Part shown: one piece after another, positions 25,219 to 35,300 of the stretch | How positions within the stretch are numbered: position 1 is the stretch's first letter | How the letters are laid out: each line of letters begins with the position of its first letter | Assembly (NCBI RefSeq): GCF_011386835.1 | Contig: NC_088809.1 | Location: 8,122,001 to 8,186,000 of the forward strand | From: Chrysemys picta bellii | Lineage: Eukaryota | Direction: 5' to 3' | Length of the DNA stretch: 64,000 nucleotides | Notes under the pieces: generated by a model | What the model was told of the DNA's origin: nothing | Database searches by the model: none | The model's input: the letters and a program-made list of their open reading frames with translations, nothing else | Program-made: the position numbers and the translations under genes

Positions 25219-25867
25219 CAGAACTGGGTCGTGGAATGGAAGGCACTGGGTTATGGCAGCTCTGGTCAGCACCGCCGACCGGGCCGTTAAAAGTACCGTT
25301 GGCTAGTTCCTACCTGTTCTGACACCACGCTGCGTCCCAGAAGCAGCCAGCAGTAGGTCTGTCTCTTAGGCGGGGGGGCCATGGACCTAGGGGCCGGACC
25401 TGCTGCTGGCCACTTCCAGGGCACAGCGCAATCCGCAGTGCCAGGACAGGCAGGAAGCCTGCCTTAGCACCCCTGCGGTGCCGCTGACCAGGAGCCGCCC
25501 AAGGTAAGCCCGCATCCCAACCCTGTGCCCCAATCTCCTGCCCCAGCCCTGAGCCCCCCCCCCAAACCCGGAGCCCCTTCCTACACCCCAAACCCCTCAT
25601 CCCTGGCCCCACCCCAGAGCCTGCACCACCAGCCCAGAGCCCTGACCCCCTCCTGCATCCCAACCCCCTGCCCCAGCCCAGAGCCCCTTCCCACACCCTG
25701 AACCCCTCATTCCTGGCCCCAACCTGCAGCCCTCACCCCCACACCCAAACCCTCTGCCCCAGCCCTGAGCCTCTCCCACACTCCAAACCCCTCATCCTCA
25801 GCTCAGTTGGGTCATGGGCATCAACCATTTCAACTGGGTCGCCAGAAAAAACGTTTGAAAACCACTG
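25219..25867. mobile_element. hAT-type element with internal C-rich tandem repeats
   Basis: Right TIR gtttgaaaaccactg; flanks ccgtagag / ctgtagag (7/8 TSD); repeats of cccctgccccagccc/gagcccc at about 25520-25800. Confidence 0.7.
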
Positions 25868-25955
25868 CTGTAGAGGACGTTTTACTTGACCCCAGCTGAT
25901 GTCCTGGAAAATGAAGAGGGAGAGAGAGCCTTTAGCATGTTTATATTCTATATAA

Positions 25956-26118
25956 CAGTGGTTCTCGGGCTGCTTGCGGCCCAATCAGCACACAGCTGCA
26001 GCCCATGTGACAGCCTCAGGGCCATGCAGATAGTATATCTATTGTGTGGATGTGGCCCACATAACACATAGAGAGCTGTATATGCAGCCCACAATGGTAA
26101 ATAGATTGAGAACCACTG
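25956..26118. mobile_element. hAT-type MITE
   Basis: TIRs cagtggttctc / gagaaccactg. Confidence 0.7.
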
Positions 26119-27520
26119 CTGGCATAACAGTAGATATTATCCATTAGAATCACTAGTACTTTCTTCAAAACTTAAGTTGCTGTTCTTGTCCCAATAAGTT
26201 CCTGCAATAATAAATCCCCACGTTGCTTTTAAAAATATTTCCTTTTATCCATTATTAAATGTGTCTCCTTTTAACTTCACTGAATAATTGGAAAAGGAGA
26301 GACCAGATTGCAAAGAAGAAAATAAATAAGACATGGAATTAAGAACACAACTAAAGGAAACTGCTCCCTGAGAACAAATTCTTAGGAACGTATTCTCAAC
26401 TTATGTATACACTCAAGGGCTCTTCACTCCCCTGAAGCTGTGAAATTCAAAGCATGCTGTGTCTCTATGGGAGCACAGCATAAACAGAAAGGGACTCCTC
26501 TAAAGTAAAATATTTGACAACATTTTCCTTGCATTTCAAGCACATACTCATGAGATGAAATCATGGCTGTGCACCTCAGCAAACAGTTTTACGTTTAGTT
26601 AAAATATTGCATCTTTGACATACCTTGAGAACAAATGTATACAAGACCTTATAAAGCCTCATAGCCCACTACCAGCTTGCTCAGATGGCGTGGGCAGCTC
26701 ATAATCTCTGTATCCCAGATATCCTAGCTGTAACATGGGGATAATAATCCTTATATGCTTTCATAAAATGCTTTGAGATGTACGCTATATAGATGTGAAA
26801 TACAATTATCACTCAAGTCCTGCCTGCCACCCCAACATAACTGATGTTTCTGTTAAAATAACCATAGTGAAATGATTAACATTTACTTTGTCATTAGTAG
26901 GCTTCTGAGTTAACATCCAACAGAGTGGAGGGGGCAGGTCACATATCTACATTATTTTTGCTTTCTGTCTGTATGCTCAGACAGCACTGTGTAATGGTGG
27001 CATTTCAAACATAACAATTGTTAACTGTTTCATGGCTGATCATTTTAAATAAACCAGCTCCTTAGATTACATGCGGAACGTGACAAGATTGCCAATGCTT
27101 ATTTCCTCTCTCTGACCTTTCTGTGTCTCCCAGGGCATGCTTACTAATTGAGACAAGTAAGCATGAATAATGTGGGTTTATTTCCCGCACAAAGTTGCCG
27201 TCTCTGATAGCGACTTATAACTGTGAGAATGTTTGCAGTGCAATGGCATTGGGGATCTGGAAACATCCTTAAATTCCTGATCTTTGGGCAGGCTGGCCAA
27301 AACCAAGTTCATCAGAGAGCAAGGCTGGAAAAAAGGAAACCATCCCTCTCGTGAGCCTTGGTCCTGTGGGGTGCTGAGCGCCTTTGGTGAGGTCCTAAAC
27401 ACTTGCAATTCCCATTGACAGCAATGGGAGTGGAGGGCACTCAACACCCTCGAGATCTGGTCCTTACGCTGTAGAAATTTACCAGACAGTTCTGACATTG
27501 GTTCAGATGAACCACTAGCA

Positions 27521-27952
27521 CAGGGGTGGCCAACCTGTGGCTCCGGAGCCACATGCAGCTCTTCAGAAATTAATATGCGGCTCCTTGTATAGGCACCGAC
27601 TCCGGGGCTGGAGCTACAGGCGCCAACTTTCCAATGTGCCAGGGGGGTGCTCACTGCTCAACCCCTGGCTCTGCCCCCACTCCACCCCTTCCCACCCCCT
27701 CCCCTGAGCCTGTAGTGCCCTCGCTCCTCCCCCCTCCCCGAGCCTCCTGCATGCCACAAAACAGTTGATCAGGAGGTGCAGGGAGGGAGCGGGAGGCACT
27801 GATAGGCGGGGCTGCCGGTGGGCAGGAGGCGCTGGGAGCCAGGGGAGGGGGGCGGAAGCTGATGCGGGGGCTGCTGATGTATTACTATGGCTCTTTGGCA
27901 ATGTACAATGGTAAATTCTGTCGTCTTCTCAGGCTCAGGTTGGCCACCTCTG
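27521..27952. mobile_element. hAT-type MITE
   Basis: TIRs caggggtggccaacct / aggttggccacctctg; TSD cactagca / cattagca. Confidence 0.85.
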
Positions 27953-28668
27953 CATTAGCATGTCTGGCTTGGATTGCCAGTTTCAGTTAAAACTGCTGGA
28001 GAGTAAGTCAAAATGAAACGGTAGTAAAAATGGGTCTGGCCGTCAAAGCCTTGTGTTCATTGCCACTCTCCCCAGCTTTAACACTGATTCAGTGTTTGAA
28101 CTGGTGGAAGTTTGGGGGAAAGGCCTTAGACAATATCTAACCTGTGGAGCATTGCTAATGGGTGTCCCATAGGAGGCTGCAAATCTTGATCTCTATGCAG
28201 CTGTCTCTGCAGCATCATCGATCTATGACAAAAGGGGACTGAGTTACTGGGGCCAATGGTGATGGCCGGCTTATGCTGCAGGGGCATCTTGTAATATTAT
28301 CTTTGATTCACACTGGCACATGTGTTACAGATAGAGCAGACTGATTGCCACAGGATAGTCCTGAGAGCACTGGATGGTATTTTCCTCATTCCAACATTGC
28401 AGGTGCCCATGAGGTATGGGGAAGAGGGTGAGCTTGTGTTGTTGTTTTTTGGGGGGGGGGGCGGGGAGGGGTAAGAAGAAATTCTCTTGGAGGCTCTACA
28501 TCTCTTGTATTGAAGAATATCAAGATAATGTTTGGTGATACTATCCGAATTTTAGGGTAAGTGAGGTGTATAGGATCAATACCATAATATTCAAAGTTAC
28601 CTATGGCATAGGTCTGTTAGAAGCAGAACTGCTTTAATCAATATAATAATAATACCTCGCTTTTATAT

Positions 28669-28761
28669 GAGAGACAAGGTGGCGGAGGTGGTATCTTTTA
28701 TTGTACCAACTTCTGTTGGTGAAAGAGGGAAATTTTCAAACTCCACAAAGCTCTTCTTCAG
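28669..28761 (-). mobile_element. Decayed Penelope-like terminal-repeat fragment (second subfamily)
   Basis: gagacaaggtgg...tcttttattgtaccaacttctgttggtg...agctcttcttcag; related to 58412-58763; hammerhead remnant is degenerate. Confidence 0.55.
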
Positions 28762-29540
28762 TAGATCTCAAAGCATTTTAACAAAGCAGAGCAGTGTCAT
28801 TATCCCTATTTTATAGATTGGGAAACTGAGGCACAGATAGGTGAGTTACCTGAAATCTGTTTTGCATTGGGGCATATTTTTTAATATTTAAAAAAAAATG
28901 GCTTTTTAGACTTCTAGTTGTGCTCTGGGTAAAGGAAATTCCTCTATGGTCAACAGAGACACCCCTTTTACAACTGGATCTCCTACAAGCCCTTTCTCCC
29001 TACAGGTTTTCCCACAATGCTGAGGTTCACCCTGTCCCAAAGACAGGCTTCTCCTTCTACAGCTCTGAAGTTACTACAGGTTTTTAGGTCTGTCTGAGGT
29101 AAGTGAGAATTTTGTTGCTCCTGTTCATATTGCCTTGCAAGGTTCTAGACATGCTGTGTCAAGGGGAAAAAATAACTCATGGCCTTCATTTATTTTGCTC
29201 TTTTATTATTTATTAAGAATTATTCATGTCCTTTTTTAAAAAGAAGTGTTTCTTCCTCTTTGTTTTTAACCAAAGGAAATAGCAGCAGGAATCTCAAGTC
29301 TGATCTTTGTGTTTGTCAGGATTTCTTGGATGAATCAGCACTTGTAGCTTTCTCAGCCTTTAATTGAAGAAGTAAGGTGTTGAACCCTTAAGAAAGAGAG
29401 CTTTTCTAAGTGCTTTAGTAATAGGTGTTAGCAATCAGTAACCAAAAAAAAAATTACAAATAGTCTGAAGAGCAATGACTTCCCCCTCTCAATTAATCAA
29501 GTTTTATTTACATATGATTTTTGATGTCCTCATTCTAGGA

Positions 29541-29736
29541 CAGGTTTCAGAGTAGCAGCCGTGTTAGTCTGTATCCGCAAAAAGAAGAACAGGAGTACTT
29601 GTGGCACCTTAGAGACTAACGAATTTATTAGAGCATAAGCTTTCGTGGACTACAGAAGAAGTGGGCTGTAGTCCACGAAAGCTTATGCTCTAATAAATTT
29701 GTTAGTCTCTAACGTGCCACAAGTACTCCTGTTCTT
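29541..29736. mobile_element. Penelope-like insertion with inverted duplication
   Basis: 12-bp TSD ctcattctagga at 29529-29540 and 29737-29748; 73-bp inverted arms at 29583-29655 and 29666-29738 with 2 mismatches. Confidence 0.88.
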
Positions 29737-30460
29737 CTCATTCTAGGAGTTTTTCATTAGTCCAGGGGTAGGTAACACCTGAATTTACACTGCAGGAGGA
29801 ATTTTTTCTCTTCTGTCCCCTCCCATCCCCCAGCCTCCCTTTTAAAAGAAAGCAGGGCCCAAATCCCCTTTTCCCCTTTTGGGGGTCACTTTGGCCAAAC
29901 TCTAGAGTGTTGGGAAGCACGACCCAAAGGGGTCTACAAATTGTCTGAGCCCAGGTGCTGACATTTACTGTAAGTTAGTCTAGTGGGAAATTGGGCGACA
30001 TTTTGTAATATGTTTCTAGAAGTCACTTGTAGAGAAAGCAGGGTGGTGTTGTCCAGGAAGCAGGGTCTAGGTCTAGATTATTTAACTGAACACTTCATTT
30101 AAAAAAATAAATGAAGAGGGGACAGGGAAGCAGACCCATTTCTCCTGGTCTGCTAAACTCAGGGAAAGGGGATAAATGGTATCTAATTTTGAACCACCAA
30201 TGGTCTTTGCTGCTGTTCAATATTAAATTATACTTGTATCCAGCAGCCCTGTTGTGGGATGTGCTGTACAAAGAAAGAGACAGTCACTGTCTCAAGGAGA
30301 CTACAATATAAGAAGATAATTGACAGGAAGAGGAGGAAATGGGATACGCTTAAAATATTTGCATGCACTTTAAAAATCAGATGTGACTATTGTATAAATG
30401 TATTATAAATAAGTTTAGCTGACACTTTGTCAAGCTGCTCCTCAGTTTAGCCCTCACTAA

Positions 30461-30724
30461 GGGCTTCTCTTCACTGCAAAGTTAATTCGAGTTATCCACG
30501 CCCAAGTGAACTCGAGTGAGAGCGGCCATGCTGCAAAATAATCCTCAAACTGCACAGGGTGATTGTGTTAGCCACTGACAAGCTGTGCTAACTCAAGCTG
30601 CAGCCTGTACATATTGACCAACTAGCAAGCTTCAGTTAAAAGCACCGCCATAATGGAGTTAAGGGTTTGCGTGTGGTTGGGACTGGAGTTATAACTCAAG
30701 TTAATTCTGCAGTGAAGAAGAGCA
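30461..30724. mobile_element. PIF/Harbinger-like MITE
   Basis: Preceded by TAA; long imperfect TIRs cttctcttcactgcaaagttaattcgagtt / aactcaagttaattctgcagtgaagaag. Confidence 0.65.
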
Positions 30725-31060
30725 GTAATTGGATGATTACTCACTTGCCTGGGTGGTAGATGGATGTGCTGTACAAAGAAGAGACAGTCACTGCCCCAAG
30801 GAGACTACAATATAAGAAGATAATTGACATGAAGAGTAGGGAATGGGATACACAAAATAGATTTCTTGCGGGCACTGTGGTGGGACTTGAGGAAGGGGTA
30901 CTAGCCTTATCTCTCAGTCCAGAGATGGACATGTTTGGCCTTATGAAAACCTAAACTTGACCAGTGAGGTTTTGCAAACCCTCTTCTGCTGTCTCTCATT
31001 ATTATGTGTAACCCTAATCCCTATGCATGGGAGAGGTGAAGGTGGTGATCAGGGCTAACT

Positions 31061-31631
31061 GGTGGATTCACAGTTACATGACGCCAAGTGTATCATCTCC
31101 GGCACCCTACGACCTGACTCCACTCCCATGGCTCCCAGTTCTGAGCAATATCGCTCCTCCTCATATCAGACGAGAGGTTGCCACTGGCAAGTTACTGGAG
31201 AAAGTATGTGCCAAATCCAGCCTGCACAATGATCTTTTTAAACCACCAGCTGCATGTTTGCTGTCACGTCTCCATGCCAGGATGTTAGGGTGGAAACACT
31301 CTGGCGAAAGGAATGGGTATCTGTTATAATCCCCAACCAGTCCCTCGTCGCCGATCCCACAATCTGCCCACCTGGTTTTGACCAGCCCCATCACCAATGG
31401 TCCCTGTTGAACAGGTTCCAGACCGGACAAGGTCTCTGTGCAGCCAACCAGTGTTGCTGGGGCCTTCGTGACAGAACTTTGTGCAGCTGCAGCGCGACAA
31501 AGACGATGCCGCACGCACATTGTCGAGGAATGCCTGCTGACTAGGTCCAGCAGTGACCTAGAAGAACTGCATCACGCCACTGAAGATGACATCGCTTGGC
31601 TAGATGACTGTACACACTCTAAATAAATAAA
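31061..31631 (+). mobile_element. Non-LTR retrotransposon 3' fragment (RTE/RTE-X-like)
   Basis: Frameshifted peptide DSQLHDAKCIISGTLRP / TPLPWLPVLSNIAPPHIRRE, typical of the region C-terminal to RT in RTE-like LINEs; ends in a (TAAA)n-like tail. The clade assignment is from memory. Confidence 0.65.
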
Positions 31632-33359
31632 ATCAGGGCTAACAAGGTGTTGGCAATTTGTATTTTCAATTCCTGTAACTGGCTGAACCACTCAAAGGTT
31701 TCACATTTTGCATGTCAGTAGAAGTGTTGTGTGAGTCGTTTGACAACAAAGAGCTATGTTTATGGTTTTTCATGCCGATTCTCTTCCCATTTGGGTGAAA
31801 TCTCTCCCTTCCCTTCACAGCTCTGTCTATCCTCTGACTGTAGAGTAGAACCTGAAGGAAACCAGTGTAAATCTATTGAATATCTTAGCTGAAAGTTTTA
31901 ATTCGGGAACGTCCCCTTGAGGCTTGCACTAGTTATAAATAATCCTAAATCATACAAACACTTCTGTTTATTTCAGTCTATAAATAAAACAATAATCTTA
32001 CACCTCCATTCATCTGTGAAACATCCAACAAAGAAATTTAGCTGAATTTTAGCACATATGAAGAGGTGTTACCAAACACCACAGCACAGGAAAACAAAGT
32101 TAAATTGGTCTTTATTCCAAAACTGAGCATTTGCACTGTTCCTTAATTAATACACAGCCCAATACACACCCTGTGCTTTCAACTTATGTCCTTTCAATTA
32201 GCACCCTATTAAGATGCATGCCTCACACGGCTCTATCACTCAACTGCTGCATTCTGACTTTTTCTTCTTTGTATGTACTCGACATTTGCTGTCTGTAATA
32301 AAATAAGGAACAAAGCATCTGGGGAAAATATCCAGTCTGCTAAACAGTCAAAGAAATAGGGATGTTAGAGCAAGTTTTCCTCATTGGGAGAAAAATTAGT
32401 GACACAGCCCTGTAGTGAATATTCTTCTTTGTCCCTTATTCACACCTTGTACACAGATGCTTAGCATTTTGAACAAGGTTGCAATGTAGCCATAAGGTAG
32501 CACATATATTGCCTAACATGTAATAAAGAACCCAAACTATGGATTCATGCACGCTAATTACTTGAGATGTCAATCTAAATTATCTCCATATTGAATTATT
32601 TTATTTACTCCCCACTTGCAGATTACTTATGAAAACATTAAACAGAGCAGGGCCCAACATTGATCCCTGCAGCACTTTGCTGGACATGCAGCTTGATAGT
32701 GTCGTTTCTTACCATTGCTTTTTGTTTAGTTCTCCTGCTTTTTCTGCCCCTCTATTTATATCTACATTGGTCCAGTAAGGAACAGATAGATTGCATTGAC
32801 AGCCTGCCAACTCATTTTGATCCTGACATGCAAGACTCCAGTTTGTCCACTCTTGGATCTTTCTAAGCGGAAATGGGTTATTGTAAAAAGCTGTAGGATT
32901 ATGAATTAACCTGGCTGAGATGGTAGTTGGTTGACCTGAAAAACTCCAAAGTCACTTTCACTTGTCACCTACAGCCAAACTTGATCTCAAATCTCCAGTT
33001 TTAGGATTCTGTCAAGTTATCCACAATCACAACAGTGTGTGCACCCGTTGCACAGTCTGTCTATCCATCGCACAAATTGGAATGATTGGCAGTTTCTTTT
33101 AAAAAGAGGCTCAAGAACCAAGGGCTACTGCTGCTCAGAACTGAGGTCCATTGGCATCACTGTGAAACTTGCATAGCACCTGTCTCTGTACTGCTCTTAC
33201 AAGAGGGGAATCTCTTTGGAGCTGGGTGGGGAAGTGCAGAAGTGCCACTGTAATACAAAGAAGGAAAGGCCTGTGGTAGCACCCTAAAGCTGAACTATGA
33301 GCAGGAACTGTTGAGTTATTCCGCACTGCAAGTCAACAGATGATGGAAGGGGTATCTAT

Positions 33360-33491
33360 TATCAGAGGGGTAGCTGTGTTAGTCTATATCCACAGAAACA
33401 ACGAGGAGTCCGGTGGCACCTTAAACACTAACAGATTTATTTGGGCATAAGCTTTCGTGGGTAAAAAACCCCACTTCTTCAGATGCATGCA
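33360..33491 (-). mobile_element. Penelope-like terminal-repeat insert
   Basis: TSD gtatctat at 33352-33359 and 33492-33499; atcagaggggtagctgtgttagtc...gcataagctttcgtggg...cccacttcttcagatgc. Confidence 0.82.
33445..33486 (-). ncRNA. Minimal type I hammerhead ribozyme motif (complete)
   Basis: Minus strand reads GCAT-CTGAAGA-A-GTGGG(gtttttta)CCCAC-GAAA-GCTT-ATGC: stem I 4 bp, core CUGANGA, extra A before stem II, stem II 5 bp, GAAA, palindromic stem III. Activity is untested. Confidence 0.75.
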
Positions 33492-33562
33492 GTATCTATA
33501 AGGCTTTTTTTGAGCAGGGAGAAATCCCTCTTTACACTTTTAAAGGAAACACCTTCAAACTG

Positions 33563-33691
33563 TGTCTGACGAAGTGGGCATTCACCCGCGAAAGCTTATG
33601 CTCCAATACGTCTGTTGGCCTATAAGGTGCCACAGGACTCTCTGTTGCTTTTTACAGATCCAGACTAACACGGCTACCCCTCTGATACATG
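33563..33691 (+). mobile_element. Penelope-like terminal-repeat insert with hammerhead motif (33562-33601)
   Basis: Flanking repeat ttcaaactg at 33554-33562 and 33692-33700; GTGT-CTGACGA-A-GTGGG(cattca)CCCGC-GAAA-GCTT-ATGC. Confidence 0.8.
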
Positions 33692-33710
33692 TTCAAACTG
33701 TTATTAGGCT

Positions 33711-33875
33711 CAGAGGGGTAGCCATGTTAGTCTGAATCTGTAAAAAGCAACAGAGGGTCCTGTGGCACCTTTAAGACTAACAGAAGCATCTGAAGAAGTG
33801 AGGTTCTTACCCAGGAAAGCTTATGCTCCCAATACTTCTGTTAGTCTTAAAGGTGCCACAGGACCCTCTGTTGCT
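33711..33875. mobile_element. Penelope-like insert with inverted duplication and degenerate hammerhead (33786-33826, +)
   Basis: 12-bp TSD tgttattaggct at 33699-33710 and 33876-33887; GCAT-CTGAAGA-A-GTGAG...CCCAG-GAAA-GCTT-ATGC with mismatched stem II. Confidence 0.82.
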
Positions 33876-34579
33876 TGTTATTAGGCTGCGATTAGGAGCT
33901 TTGACTAAACTAAGAAATTCTCAAATTCATTATTAAATCTCCTGCACTCACTGGCTGTCCCATCACGAGTGTCCAAATTCCCCACTGGCGAAAAATGGCA
34001 CGACGCATGAGTTGGCACCGATTAGCCGCGCTCTGTGTACTGAACTGCTGCCCATAGGATAAATCACTTGGCACACAGGAAACTGAGCTCTCCAGTGCAG
34101 AACCTGTATTTGCACAGTGCCTGGTGTGCACTCCCAGAAACAAACGGTAAATTGTCTGTCATGAAAGGCTGTATTGTGACCCAAAAACCTGAAATTAGGA
34201 CATCACAAGGGCCTGAAAGCTGAACAAACGAGGGGAACATTTTTAGTCACACTATTTCAGATGTTTTGACCTATTTACCACCTGGCTAAGGAACAGGCTG
34301 GAGAAAGGAAGTCGTTGAGATCTAGCGCTAGAAAGAGGGAGCTATTTTAAAAACGGGACACCCTTTCCCCTCCAAGGAAGGTGAGAGACTTTACAATCTA
34401 AATCGGAGAGCTCCAAATAATCCACCAGAAATATTCGGGAAGACCAGCTATAACATTGGTATTTTGGGAGGGGTTTTTTTTTTAAACCGAATTAAAAAGA
34501 AAAGCCATGCTTTCAACATACACCAAAAAGAAACGAGGGCGCCCATGCCATTTAAAATAACCCTGGGCAGATCCTAGTT

Positions 34580-35300
34580 CCCCTGTAGCCACGTTTCACG
34601 ACTCAGGCGGGTCTTCTGCTTAACGCTCTCTTGTGATGTCTCTGTGGGTTTAGACGGCGGCGCGCTCGGGCTGCTTTCGGAGCGTCGGGCTCCTAGTCTG
34701 AATGGCTGGGGCTGTATTCCCCCCCCCCCCGCAAACACAAAAAAAAGGGAACAAGAGCTCCCCAAACAAGCCGAATGAACCAAACAGCCCTGGCCATGCT
34801 CCCGTGTGAAATCAGGCTCCTCTGTGGGACCGGGCTGCAGAGGGAGATGCACACACCCATTGTTCGCTTCTCTCTTCCTTGTCTGAGCGCTCGGGTGCCA
34901 TGTGTAACCTGCAATGCCCGCCGAGCATGGCTGCGGTATTTTTTTGTTTCCCCCCACCCCCTCCTCCCTTTCAGCCAAAGCAACACATCCCTAGCGGGCT
35001 GCGGGCAAGGAGCATCATCTCCACTGCTCCATCAGCATCTCCCGGCCCTCCCGCTCCTTTCGGGGGCAGCGGATTGAAAGGCGGTGGGCGAGCTGGTGTG
35101 TGTGTGTGTGTGTGTGTGTGCGGGGAAGACACAATCAGTGCAGCATATTGAAAGACGCGAAGGAGGAAACGCAGCGGGCTGGCAAGCTGCGGCTGCCTGG
35201 ATTGGTGTTTTGTTTGGGGTCCCCCCCTCCTCCTCCCCGCCGCCTCTTCAAGCGATAATTCTCTGGCGTGTGTTTAACCCTGAAGGGGGAGGGGAGCATT
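34580..35300. promoter_or_regulatory. Orphan CpG-rich island upstream of VEZF1
   Basis: Local GC/CpG enrichment, GC-box-like gcggtgggcg and ccccgccgcc, C/G runs; no coding exon recognised. Confidence 0.55.
35096..35120. repeat. (GT)12 microsatellite
   Basis: Read directly. Confidence 0.95.
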
